64,000 bases of DNA, taken from Candidatus Riflebacteria bacterium HGW-Riflebacteria-2 (GTDB lineage Bacteria > Muiribacteriota > Ozemobacteria > Ozemobacterales > Ozemobacteraceae). Under the pieces are notes generated by a model. The model saw only the letters and a program-made list of their open reading frames with translations, did not search any database and was not told the DNA's origin. The stretch is taken from contig PGYA01000007.1 of the NCBI GenBank assembly GCA_002839435.1, positions 14,756 through 78,755 on the forward strand. Reading direction: 5' to 3'. Positions 30,384 through 39,846 of this stretch are shown in pieces; within the stretch, counting starts at the first letter, position 1, and each line of letters opens with the position of its first letter. The position numbers and the translations under genes were made by a program.

Positions 30384-31912
30384 ACAAGCACTGTCTTACC
30401 GCAACACTTATATTGCTGACGACTCTGGCTCCACTGGCGGCTGAAGTCAGCGAACTGCCAAAATCAGGCTGCCGCGAATTCGGTGCCGTCAGTATCTTCG
30501 CCAGCGACTCTGCTGCCCTGTTGATCTCACTCGATGACGCCATCAACAGCGCCCTGCGTAACAACATCGCCCTCAGTGTCGAAAACTTCAAACCACAGAT
30601 CAGTGAAACCGGCGTCGAAAAGGAAAAGGCCCGCTTCGACCCGACCCTCAGTGCCGAACTGTCGAGCAGCGAGCGCGTCGGCAAATCTCTCTCGCAGCAA
30701 CGCAGGCTTAATGACTCGATCAACAACTCGACTGACGCCGAGGTGGCGGTCAACCAGTTGTCAACTTCAGGCACCAGAACGGCTCTGGCGCTCAGCCAGT
30801 CGCGCAGCCGCTCAGCTACAATCGACGACCTCTACAACACACGCTTTGGCCTCGAACTGCAGCACCCACTGCGCCGCGGTGCCGGGCGCAGTGTTAATCT
30901 GGTTTCTCTTCGCAAAGCTGAGCTCGAGCTCAACTGGTCGGAATACGAATTGCAGGGTTTCGTGCTGGCACTGACCGCACGCGTCGAGACGCTTTACTGG
31001 CAGTATTATCTGCGCCTGCGCCAGCTCGAAATCGTCAAAGAATCTCTGCAACTTGCAGAACAACAGCGCGAAGAAACCGGGCGGCGCATCGAAGCCGGCA
31101 GTATACCCGAATCAGAAGCGGCAGCGGCCGAAGCCGAAGTGGCACTGCGCTACGAAGAACAGATCAATGCCGAAAGCCAGGCGGTAACCGCTGCTGTCGC
31201 ACTTTTGCGGGCCATCAACCACGACAGCGAAAAATTCTGGTCGCTGCGCCCGGAGCTGACCGACGCACCACTGCTCAAGCAGATCGAACAGCTCGATCTC
31301 TGCAGTCACATTGCAACCGCCATGCAAAAACGGCCGGAACTCGCACAAGCACGCCTGCTGAGCGAGCAGGACGCACTCGATATAGTTGAGAGTGAAAACG
31401 GCCTGCTGCCACGTCTCGACTTCTTTGCGACCATCGGCACGACCGGTTACGCGACCAGTTCGGGCAAGTCTTTCAGCCGAATCGGCGACAGAGACACCTA
31501 TGATATCAGCGCCGGTTTTGTCTACGAAATCAGCCGTGGCCACCGCGCCGAGCAAGCCGAGCTGAAACGCGCCAGGGTCTCACACGCAATGCGTCGTGAA
31601 GCGATCAGAAATCTCGAACAGGTTATCCAGGAAGACGTCATCAATGCTTTCATCGAGGTTAAGCGCACGATTCAGCAGATGACCGCAACCGCCGCTACTT
31701 CCCAGAAACAGCTCGAAAAACTGCGCGTCGAAGAGGTACGCTTCAGCGTCGGTAAGACAACCTCGTTTCAGGTGGCTCAGGCACAGCGTGACCTTACTGC
31801 CGCCCGTATCGCCGAGGTCAAGGCGGCGGTTGAATACACCAACGCCATTATCGAACTGTTCAGAGCCGACGGCTCACTGCTCGAACGCAACCGCATTGCC
31901 CTGGAAAAATAG
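30380..31912 (+). CDS. outer membrane efflux protein (TolC-like OMF)
   Basis: Signal peptide and two OEP repeats (LSLDDAINSALRNNIALSV..., LDIVESENGLLPRLDFF...). It overlaps the RND permease stop codon. Confidence 0.8.
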   Translation: MNKHCLTATLILLTTLAPLAAEVSELPKSGCREFGAVSIFASDSAALLISLDDAINSALRNNIALSVENFKPQISETGVEKEKARFDPTLSAELSSSERVGKSLSQQRRLNDSINNSTDAEVAVNQLSTSGTRTALALSQSRSRSATIDDLYNTRFGLELQHPLRRGAGRSVNLVSLRKAELELNWSEYELQGFVLALTARVETLYWQYYLRLRQLEIVKESLQLAEQQREETGRRIEAGSIPESEAAAAEAEVALRYEEQINAESQAVTAAVALLRAINHDSEKFWSLRPELTDAPLLKQIEQLDLCSHIATAMQKRPELAQARLLSEQDALDIVESENGLLPRLDFFATIGTTGYATSSGKSFSRIGDRDTYDISAGFVYEISRGHRAEQAELKRARVSHAMRREAIRNLEQVIQEDVINAFIEVKRTIQQMTATAATSQKQLEKLRVEEVRFSVGKTTSFQVAQAQRDLTAARIAEVKAAVEYTNAIIELFRADGSLLERNRIALEK

Positions 31913-31926
31913 GAGGCTTCAACCAC

Positions 31927-32550
31927 ATGCGCATGAAAATATGGTCACTTTTACTTTTCTACATAGTGATAAACAGCACCTGCAGCGCCTATACAACTGA
32001 CTACAAGGCAATGATCGAAAAATATGGCCCGGTCCCTGAAGCCATACTTGAACCACCTTCCGAAGAAATGATTGCCCGCGAAAAAGGCTCATTGCTCGGC
32101 AACATTTTCGGCCATCGCGGAGCACGCTTCGATGCCCGAACAAAGGCCTGTTACGCCAATCAACGCATTACCCTCGGCGCCATCGAAATGTATAACATGG
32201 ACAACACCACCATGTATACGACTCTTGCCTACCCAGACGTCGCAGATGCCGGTGGTCTGCTGGTTACCGGCAAATACCTCAGAAGCCCTGTTTATCAACC
32301 AGAACCCTACTGCCATCTGCGCAGTTACGGTGATCTGAGCGACATTGCCATAATCTACTGCGATTACCATGGCTGCCTGGAAGAAGATCGCGATGGCCTG
32401 CGCGCTGCCAGTGGATACACGCCAAAGCACCGTGTCTCCAAAGATAGTTCCGACCATACCATAGTGTTCGTTGTAATTGTGCTCGGCGTGCTGTCAGTTG
32501 GCGTTATGATAGTTCTACACAACGTGCTGCCCAAAGCCCCAGGCGCCTGA
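31927..32550 (+). CDS. signal-peptide protein with C-terminal TM anchor, unknown function
   Basis: Signal peptide MRMKIWSLLLFYIVINSTCSA. C-terminal hydrophobic helix IVFVVIVLGVLSVGVMIVL. Confidence 0.45.
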   Translation: MRMKIWSLLLFYIVINSTCSAYTTDYKAMIEKYGPVPEAILEPPSEEMIAREKGSLLGNIFGHRGARFDARTKACYANQRITLGAIEMYNMDNTTMYTTLAYPDVADAGGLLVTGKYLRSPVYQPEPYCHLRSYGDLSDIAIIYCDYHGCLEEDRDGLRAASGYTPKHRVSKDSSDHTIVFVVIVLGVLSVGVMIVLHNVLPKAPGA

Positions 32551-32557
32551 ATTCAGG

Positions 32558-33169
32558 TCAGGTGCGGCTTTTGAGAGTAATCGTGACCCATCTGACGCCT
32601 TCGCGACCAAGACTGTCTGCTTCTTCGCTGCCGACATCGGCGTCAAAGCCGCTCGCGGCAAAAACCCGCGTCCATTCTTCGACCGGCATCAGATTGAAAA
32701 CCCGGCCATGCTCATCAAGTCCGGAAAGATCGACATCCGGGCGACCGACCGGCAGTGAAACAAGACCACCGTGGCGAACCACACGATGAATCTCGCTCAT
32801 CACAACATAAAGATCGTCTGATGGCAGATGCATCAGGCAGGCAACGCTGTAAAAGCCGGCAAAAGTCTTGTCGGCAAAGGGAAGTTGACATGGCAGCACC
32901 ATTTGAAAAAGTCTGCCATCAAGCTCAGGATGAAGTTTCTGTGCCTCTTTCAGCAGACGATGCGAAGCATCTATGGCCGCCACATCGAAACCACTGCTGA
33001 TGGCGCGGGCCGCATCACGTCCCGAACCACAGCCAATCTCGAGCAGGCAGCTTCCCGGCTCGAAACAGGTTTTCAGGGTCTGATGAAAAGAATCGAGGCT
33101 GACACTTTCGTAGCGTTCGCAAAGTTCAGCCGCATTTTGTTCGTAATAATCGATAGTCCTCTGTTTCAT
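32558..33169 (-). CDS. class I SAM-dependent methyltransferase
   Basis: Motif I LLEIGCGSGRD is present, followed by the post-I acidic residue (AAIDAS). Confidence 0.7.
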   Translation of the reverse strand: MKQRTIDYYEQNAAELCERYESVSLDSFHQTLKTCFEPGSCLLEIGCGSGRDAARAISSGFDVAAIDASHRLLKEAQKLHPELDGRLFQMVLPCQLPFADKTFAGFYSVACLMHLPSDDLYVVMSEIHRVVRHGGLVSLPVGRPDVDLSGLDEHGRVFNLMPVEEWTRVFAASGFDADVGSEEADSLGREGVRWVTITLKSRT

Positions 33170-33173
33170 CCTG

Positions 33174-34466
33174 TTACACAGGATCTGAACAACCAACCGC
33201 CTGTTCGATACCAACCACGATATCGCTCTGGCGCCGGCGGAATTCTGATTCCTTGCCAAACACCAGTTCGTAGACGTCGATAGCAATCTGCAGCTCCTCG
33301 TTTGTCGGCACCACAACCACTGTAACCGGCGAGTGAGCTTCAGATACTATTCCTTCGTTCGATCCTTTCTCCTTGTTTAATTTATAATTCATGCAGATTC
33401 CGAGATTTTCGAGACGGTGACAGATGCGCTCGCGCATGCGCCAGCCGTGCTGACCTATGCCACCAGTAAATACCAGCATATCAAGCTTGACCAGGTTGGC
33501 AGAGTAAGCACCAATATATTTGCGCACGCGGTAGGCGTAGCATTCTATCGCTTCCTTGGCGCGCCGGTTCCCCTCTGCGGCGGCTTTTTCGAGATCGCGC
33601 AGATCGTTGGAAATGCCGCTGAGACCGACCAGACCACTCTCTTTGTTGAGAATCTTCATGAGATCCTTGGCTGAATAGCCGCGATCCATAAGGTAGCCAA
33701 AAATCGCCGGGTCGATATCGCCGGAGCGCGTGCCCATCATGATGCCTTCGAGTGGAGTAAAGCCCATCGAGGTATCGATCGATTTGCCATGCGCGATAGC
33801 TGTAAGCGAAGCGCCATTGCCGAGGTGGCATGAAATCAGGTTGGTATTGATCGGGTGGCGGTGGCAGAGATGCATGGCGCGCGCTGACACATAGCGGTGA
33901 CTGGTGCCATGAAAGCCGTAACGGCGAATTTTAAGCTCGTCGTAAAACTTGCGCGGCAGGCCGTAAAGATAGGCGTGCGGCGGCATAGTCTGATGAAAGG
34001 CGGTATCAAAAACTGCAACCTGCTGCACTTTTGGCATAAGTTCGCGGGCAACACGAATGCCGGTGAGGTTGGGCGGATTATGCAACGGCGCCAGCTCGAT
34101 AAATTCTTCGACCGCGTCCACCACGCTCTGATCGATGACAACAGAAGAAGAATACTTGTCGCCGCCGTGTACGACACGGTGACCGATACCACAAATCTCA
34201 TCGACACTTTTGATAATGCCTTCGTCAGGGTCGGTAATAGCACGCATGACCAGTTCGAGCGCCTCTTTGTGATCCGGGATCTTCTGCTCGATAACCAGCT
34301 TTTTATCGCCACAACGCTGATCGAGCGAACCTTTTTCTTCGCCGATGCGTTCGACGATACCGCGACCCAGGCTCATGCGGTGTGGCATTCTGATCAGATC
34401 GTATTTGAGCGACGAGCTGCCGCAATTTAATACCAGAATTACTTTTGCATCATCTTCAGCGACCAT
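33174..34466 (-). CDS. ackA: acetate kinase
   Basis: ILVLNCGSSSLKY at the N-terminus, plus HGTSHRYV and VVPTNEELQIA acetate/propionate kinase signatures. Confidence 0.9.
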   Translation of the reverse strand: MVAEDDAKVILVLNCGSSSLKYDLIRMPHRMSLGRGIVERIGEEKGSLDQRCGDKKLVIEQKIPDHKEALELVMRAITDPDEGIIKSVDEICGIGHRVVHGGDKYSSSVVIDQSVVDAVEEFIELAPLHNPPNLTGIRVARELMPKVQQVAVFDTAFHQTMPPHAYLYGLPRKFYDELKIRRYGFHGTSHRYVSARAMHLCHRHPINTNLISCHLGNGASLTAIAHGKSIDTSMGFTPLEGIMMGTRSGDIDPAIFGYLMDRGYSAKDLMKILNKESGLVGLSGISNDLRDLEKAAAEGNRRAKEAIECYAYRVRKYIGAYSANLVKLDMLVFTGGIGQHGWRMRERICHRLENLGICMNYKLNKEKGSNEGIVSEAHSPVTVVVVPTNEELQIAIDVYELVFGKESEFRRRQSDIVVGIEQAVGCSDPV

Positions 34467-34624
34467 GGTGGCCTCCCTTTCATTCCCTTCGTACAGCTGA
34501 TGTTAGCGTTTTTGCTGCATTGTGTCAAGATTTTTATGCTGCGTCCGCACAATAACTTTCTGGTTCCGGCCCTTTATATCTGGTATTATATTTACCACAT
34601 TCTTAACCGGGAAAGCAAAAAATC

Positions 34625-35053
34625 ATGCAGACACAGATACATCCATTCAGCAACGCCGACCGGCAGTGGTTGGCACGCAGCCTTGAGCGCGGTCGCGCGA
34701 TATGTACACACTTCAAGCTTCTGGAAACCAGCCGCGATGCTGCGGCGCTCGATCAGGCCTTTCTGCTCTGGGCCAGGTCGCCAGCCGGTGCTGGCCAATT
34801 CAGCGCCGATGAAATTGCCGACGGGCTCGGAAGTCTTTTTGGCGAACTGCTGCAGCGTCAGTTTAACTTCAGCTGGTGCCAGATCGAAGACCAGCATGGA
34901 CGTGAAATCGCTCTGCTCGAAGAAACTACTGGCAGCATCGTCATGCCGGTCAACGCGGTGCACAAACGCATCGAACCGGAACTACAGAAACAGCCATTTT
35001 TCGCGCCGATGTGGCAGATGATCGCCGCCCATCTTGAGAAAAAAGAAAACTGA
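34625..35053 (+). CDS. hypothetical protein (142 aa)
   Basis: ORF with protein-like composition. It overlaps alternative-frame ORFs, so the call is weak. Confidence 0.3.
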   Translation: MQTQIHPFSNADRQWLARSLERGRAICTHFKLLETSRDAAALDQAFLLWARSPAGAGQFSADEIADGLGSLFGELLQRQFNFSWCQIEDQHGREIALLEETTGSIVMPVNAVHKRIEPELQKQPFFAPMWQMIAAHLEKKEN

Positions 35054-35296
35054 AGAGTATCGCACAAAGACGCAGAGACACGAAAAAAGCCTTAAGACAG
35101 AAGAGTCTCACGCAGAGACGCTGAGGCGCAGGCAAAAGACAAAACCGAAGAACCGCGCACTAAGGCACGGAAACCCAAAGAAGACTTCAGTATGAGAGCA
35201 GAAGGCCCTCACGCAGAGGCCTGAGACCCTGAGGCCAGAAATATTAGAAAACTAATCTTTATTGCAAAACTAATCTATTTTGGTTATATTAGTAAT

Positions 35297-35554
35297 ATGA
35301 AAACCCTTAATGTTAGACTTGATGATTGGACACATAAAAACCTCAAGGCTCTTGCAGCTTTGAAAGAAACAACCATTGCGGAATTACTGAAAATGCTGGT
35401 CGGCAAAGAAATCGAAGAAAACCCTCAAGAGTGCGAACTTTGCCGCAAATTTGGGCATGAACCGAACGAAACTACCAGAAAAGCAATGGCTGAAAAAGGT
35501 GGCAAATCATTCAAGTCGATAAAAGCGCTCATGGAAGACCTGCAGAGTGATTGA
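35297..35554 (+). CDS. type II antitoxin (ribbon-helix-helix, DinJ/RelB-like)
   Basis: N-terminus MKTLNVRLDDWTHKNLKALAA has an RHH beta-strand/helix pattern. It overlaps the downstream YafQ-like toxin gene. Confidence 0.55.
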   Translation: MKTLNVRLDDWTHKNLKALAALKETTIAELLKMLVGKEIEENPQECELCRKFGHEPNETTRKAMAEKGGKSFKSIKALMEDLQSD

Positions 35555-35819
35555 CAAAATCCTTCGTAAAACCCAGTTTAAGAAAGACTTCAAGCGCATC
35601 ATCAAGCAGGGGAAAAATCCCCAGGAAATTTCAAAATTACTGTCCATGCTCATTGAAGAAAAGCCAATCCCGGAAAAGTACAAAGACCATCCTCTTATTG
35701 GTGATTACAGCGGTTATCGGGAACTCCACATAGCACCAGACTGGCTTCTGGTTTACAAAATTGAAGATAATACGCTGACCCTTGCAAGAACAGGTTCTCA
35801 CTCAGAACTTTTTGGCTGA
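35547..35819 (+). CDS. yafQ: type II toxin, YafQ/RelE family mRNA interferase
   Basis: KDFKRIIKQGKNPQEISKLLSMLIE...DHPLIGDYSGYRELHIAPDWLLVYKIEDNTLTLARTGSHSELF matches the YafQ consensus. Confidence 0.8.
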   Translation: MIDKILRKTQFKKDFKRIIKQGKNPQEISKLLSMLIEEKPIPEKYKDHPLIGDYSGYRELHIAPDWLLVYKIEDNTLTLARTGSHSELFG

Positions 35820-36036
35820 TTTTAGAAGAGCCGCGCACAAAGACACGGAGACACAAAGAAAGCCTTTATTTTTTAGAGTTGCAGTCAAATAATTGCCGCC
35901 GGCTTTGTGACTTTGTGGCTCTGTGCGAGAAGAAAAGTCTCACGCTGAGCTGCTGAGGCGCAGGTTTTGCCTTTTTGTTGAAAAACGGGTATTATTATAC
36001 ATATAATCGTATTCGAAATTACAGGAGGCCAATCTT

Positions 36037-36264
36037 ATGGAACGACCAAGAGTTACTTTTACGATCGACAGGAACATCCTGCTCGAGCTCGACAGTATTG
36101 CCAAAGAATTGGGCCAGAAGAAGAGCCACATTGTAGAACAGGCGCTGGAACTTTACTTTGATACTGTTGATACGATGATCGCTGACCGTAGGCTTGACCG
36201 GCTGGCCAGCGGCAAAGATAAAACTATTCCGGCTGAAGACGTCTGGAAGGAACTCGACCTGTAA
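36037..36264 (+). CDS. relB: type II antitoxin (RHH, RelB/DinJ family)
   Basis: RBS CAGGAGG. RVTFTIDRNILLELDSIAKELGQKKSHIVEQALELYF is an RHH fold. Its stop codon overlaps the toxin start. Confidence 0.7.
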   Translation: MERPRVTFTIDRNILLELDSIAKELGQKKSHIVEQALELYFDTVDTMIADRRLDRLASGKDKTIPAEDVWKELDL

Positions 36265-36527
36265 TGTACCGACTGGAATTCCTGCCGGGTGCTGTTAAAG
36301 ATTTGAAAAAGCTGGATTTTGTCGTTCAAAAAATGATCAAAAACAAGCTTGAGATTCTTGCAGACAACCCTGGACAGCTGAAAAACGACATTAAAGCTCT
36401 CAAAGGAAACCATACCGGCAAATACAGATTGCGGGTCAGAGATTATCGCGTGATATTTCAGAGGCGAGATGATGTTCTGATAATTCTGATTGTCGGCATC
36501 GGGCATCGAAAAAGCGTGTACAAATGA
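36264..36527 (+). CDS. relE: type II toxin, RelE/ParE family
   Basis: YRLEFLPGAVKDLKKLD...KYRLRVRDYRVIFQRRDDVLIILIVGIGHRKSVYK matches the RelE consensus (RVGDYRIIY...IGHRKDVY). Confidence 0.8.
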   Translation: MYRLEFLPGAVKDLKKLDFVVQKMIKNKLEILADNPGQLKNDIKALKGNHTGKYRLRVRDYRVIFQRRDDVLIILIVGIGHRKSVYK

Positions 36528-36663
36528 CGATCATAACCATCATTCCGCACCCATAATGTTTTTTCGAGACAGAAGAGACTCGCACGAAGACACAGAGATA
36601 CTAAGAAGATTTTGAGCTGCTCAGCAGCAGCCCACACAAGACAAGCAATCATGACCTGAAATT

Positions 36664-36752
36664 AATCTGCGCCTATCTGTGTAATCACCCGGGCGCTTCC
36701 ATCCTGATGCGCCCAAGTATCACCCACATCCTGTGGGCGACGGCGGATACTG
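36664..36752. repeat. composite MITE-like repeat, copy A (AATCTGCG...ATCACCCGGGCGCTTCCATCCTGATGCGCCCAAGTATCACCCACATCCTGTGGGCGAC.GCGGAT)
   Basis: Near-identical to 47746-47830. Related copies lie at 39587 and 50054. Confidence 0.7.
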
Positions 36753-36785
36753 TCTTTCTCTTAAAAGTCGTATCGGGATCGAAAT

Positions 36786-36832
36786 CGAAAACCAAAACCA
36801 AAACCAAAACCAATACCAATACCGATACCAAT
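36786..36832. repeat. microsatellite (AAACC)4(AATACC)2-like
   Basis: Readable directly from the sequence. Confidence 0.7.
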
Positions 36833-36944
36833 TAGAAGATAAGACATAGGTCTGGATTAGTGGCGGGGATTTTATTGTAATTGCATGTAGACGGAAAAAC
36901 TTTTATCATCGAGATTCAGGAATACGGGCAACCGGTATTTTGCC

Positions 36945-37001
36945 TGTCATTGCGAGGAATTCTGCGTAGCGTTACGCGGAGCAGAATGACGAAGCAATCT
37001 C
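36945..37001. repeat. palindromic-element copy (TGTCATTGCGAGG...GACGAAGCAATCTC), half-site variant with inner hairpin
   Basis: Shares both terminal motifs with the 22193 element. Confidence 0.65.
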
Positions 37002-37073
37002 AAGAAGCTGGCCCTGAAATCCTGATATTGCATGAGTTTCTTATGCAGATGAACTGATGAAAGGGCTGCCATT

Positions 37074-39371
37074 TTGCTGGTTTTATACTCGGCGACGGTT
37101 TTTCTGTCGGCTTTTCTGATTTTTCTCGTGCAGCCGATGATCGGCAAGATGATTCTGCCGCTGGTCGGCGGCGCGCCGGCAGCCTGGAACAGCTGCCTGT
37201 TCTTCTTTCAGGCATTGATGCTGGCCGGTTATGCTTACGCACATTTTTCGCTGCGCCGGCTCGGACTGGCACGGCAGGCACTGACACATCTTGTGCTCAT
37301 GCTGGTTGCACTGGTTCTGCTGCCGATATCGTTTGACCGCAGTGTCGCAGTGCCGGAAGATCCGACCTTCTGGCTAATTATCAGACTTTTCAAAAGCGCT
37401 GGCCTGCCATTTTTCGTGTTGGCCGCACTGTCGCCCCTACTGCAGACCTGGTTCAGCCGCACCGGGCATGTCCGAGCTGAAAACCCCTACTTTCTCTTCT
37501 CCGCCAGCAACCTCGGCAGTTTTGCAGCCCTGCTGCTCTACCCGACACTGGTCGAGACCAGATTCGATCTTACTTTTCAAACAAAAATCTGGGCAGGCGG
37601 CTTCGCACTGCTGCTGATTCTGCTGGTGGCCTGCCGACTGTATGTTAAATCGGTAGAAACAGTCGCGGTTGCCGATGACACAGCCACCCCTGGTTCTGAC
37701 ACACCCGACAATAGAATTAAATGGCTGATAGCAGCAATGCTTCCTTCGGTGTTGCTGCTTGCTGTCACCCAGTTCATAACCGCTGATATCGCTCCGATCC
37801 CCTTACTATGGGTAATACCACTGGCAATCTATCTGATTACCTATGTAATGGCATTCAGCAATCGCAACCTGTCACCAGCCAAAATCGAAACGCTTTTCCT
37901 GCTGGCCATACTGCTGTTTCCGGTTGCTTATTTCAAGCTTAATCAAAGCCTTGCAGCTGCATTGCCGACTCATCTGTTCATTTTGTTCGCAATCTCACTC
38001 TATTGCCACAGCTACCTCGCCAGCAGTCGCCCGAACGCAAAAAATCTTACCGGTTACTACACGATTATGTCGCTTGGCAGCGTAATTGGCAGTCTTGGCG
38101 TAACTTTCATAGCGCCTTTGCTTTTTTCCAACGATGCCGAATACCCGCTGACCATAATATTCGCCTGCTCCATGATAAAGCGCTTCAGACAGTCTGACGG
38201 TGAAGCAACCGATAGCAGAGAAGAAAGCCTTTCATTGTCAATTGCCATAGGCATATACGCAGCTGCCGCGCTTGTTGCCATTGAAAACGTCAACTTCGGA
38301 CGTTATCTGCAACAGACAGCACACAGCCTGGGATTCGACCCCGGTAGCGGGAACCTTAACGCCATGATTCATTTTCTGGCGGCAAGGCAGCTTGTAACCA
38401 CCATGCTGTTTCTGTTTATCGCTGCCGCCCTGCCACTTCTCATCGTCAAAAAAATGCCGCGACTCAATCTGGCGCTTTTTTCATTAATCAGCATAGGCTT
38501 GCTGGCAATAAACCATGCTGGAACCATGCCCCTCAGACTGCACAGCTCACGCAACTTCTTCGGAATCAAGAAAGTCACGGTCGCAAGTGAAAAAAACACC
38601 ATAGCCATGATTCATGGTTCCACCATGCACGGCATGCAAAGCCTGCTGCTTGATAAAATGTTAGAACCGCTTGCCTACTTTCATAAAAATGGCCCAATCG
38701 GCAGCATTTTTGCGCAGGAATTCGCAAAAAAGTCCGATTTCAAGGCCGGAATTCTCGGGCTGGGTATAGGCTCGATGCTCGCTTACGCAAAGCCTGGTCA
38801 GGAATTCACTTTTTATGAGATAGATCCTGAAGTCATCAAAATAGCGCAGAACCCTGACTACTTCAGCTATCTTTCAGCATTCAAGGATCGCGCGCGAATA
38901 ATCTGCGGAGACGGGCGGCGCATGATCGAGCAGAGCCCGAGCAGGTATTTCGATGCAATTTTTGCTGATGCTTTTTCTTCTGACTCTATTCCTGTGCATC
39001 TCGCAACAGAGGAGGCACTGAATATCTACGCCGACAGGCTCCAACCCGATGGAATCATTGTTTTCAATATCAGCAATCGCTATATCGACCTTAAACCGGT
39101 ATTGGCCACACTGGCTCACAATGCGGACTTCATTGCCATGCACGTTCTTGACAACGTCTTTGCCAAAGACGACCCGGCCAATTTCGGCCGCCATGTCTCT
39201 GAGTATGTTGTATTTACCAAATCAGAGCAGATGGCAGAGAGCCTCATGACAAGCCCGATTCTTGCATGGCACAAATTGGCTGACCGTATTTCTTCTGACA
39301 AGACGACAGCAGCAGTTCGCTGGACAGATAACAGTTCAAGCCTTTTCCCGCTGTTCAAAATGTTCCGCTGA
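37074..39371 (+). CDS. fused MFS-like membrane domain / spermidine-synthase-like protein
   Basis: TTG start. About 11 TM helices at the N-terminus. The C-terminal PABS-like fold carries GILGLGIGSM...FYEIDPEVIKIA...FDAIFADAFSSDSIPVHLATEE. Confidence 0.65.
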   Translation: MLVLYSATVFLSAFLIFLVQPMIGKMILPLVGGAPAAWNSCLFFFQALMLAGYAYAHFSLRRLGLARQALTHLVLMLVALVLLPISFDRSVAVPEDPTFWLIIRLFKSAGLPFFVLAALSPLLQTWFSRTGHVRAENPYFLFSASNLGSFAALLLYPTLVETRFDLTFQTKIWAGGFALLLILLVACRLYVKSVETVAVADDTATPGSDTPDNRIKWLIAAMLPSVLLLAVTQFITADIAPIPLLWVIPLAIYLITYVMAFSNRNLSPAKIETLFLLAILLFPVAYFKLNQSLAAALPTHLFILFAISLYCHSYLASSRPNAKNLTGYYTIMSLGSVIGSLGVTFIAPLLFSNDAEYPLTIIFACSMIKRFRQSDGEATDSREESLSLSIAIGIYAAAALVAIENVNFGRYLQQTAHSLGFDPGSGNLNAMIHFLAARQLVTTMLFLFIAAALPLLIVKKMPRLNLALFSLISIGLLAINHAGTMPLRLHSSRNFFGIKKVTVASEKNTIAMIHGSTMHGMQSLLLDKMLEPLAYFHKNGPIGSIFAQEFAKKSDFKAGILGLGIGSMLAYAKPGQEFTFYEIDPEVIKIAQNPDYFSYLSAFKDRARIICGDGRRMIEQSPSRYFDAIFADAFSSDSIPVHLATEEALNIYADRLQPDGIIVFNISNRYIDLKPVLATLAHNADFIAMHVLDNVFAKDDPANFGRHVSEYVVFTKSEQMAESLMTSPILAWHKLADRISSDKTTAAVRWTDNSSSLFPLFKMFR

Positions 39372-39550
39372 TTGCAGTTCGATTGACAAAAGAAATAACC
39401 GAAGAACCTCTCACGAAGGCACAGAGACACCAAGAAAAGCTTTAGCATGAATAGCAGCAAATTTCACATTGAAGCGCTGAAAAGGCTTATCGTGCGTGTC
39501 GCAATCGACATCAGGCCTTCATCCTGCGCGCATAATGACAGAGAGAAACT

Positions 39551-39578
39551 GATTACGATTACGAGCACGAGCACGAAT
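39551..39578. repeat. short tandem repeat (GATTAC)2(GAGCAC)2
   Basis: Same module as at 61590-61676. Confidence 0.6.
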
Positions 39579-39586
39579 TAATATAC

Positions 39587-39681
39587 AAATCTGCGGCAAT
39601 CTGTGTAATCACCCGGGCGCTTCGCCCCTGGGAGCCCTGCGGATTCTCCTATGCTTCTGTGCCTTTGTGGCTTTGTGCGAG
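39587..39681. repeat. composite MITE-like repeat, copy B (shorter)
   Basis: AAATCTGCGGCAATC...ATCACCCGGGCGCTTCGCCCCTGGGAGCCCTGCGGATTCTCC...CTTTGTGGCTTTGTGCGAG. Confidence 0.65.
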
Positions 39682-39846
39682 ATTTGTTTGTCAAAAAATT
39701 TTGCTCTAGTGTAAAAAGTATTTTCGAGAATTAACTACAACCCATATCAGCTACAGTGTATAATATAAGAGAGACAGCGAAAACACAGCCGGATTCTGGC
39801 ATGGTTGTTGCGACATAAAAGCTGGTTGGGCGAGAAGGGGTTGCGT

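Noticed and set aside
33174-33270. C-terminal ~30-aa extension of acetate kinase overlapping the methyltransferase gene start
   Set aside because: It is probably just a slightly long C-terminus or a stop-codon read difference. The signal is too weak to report as a finding.
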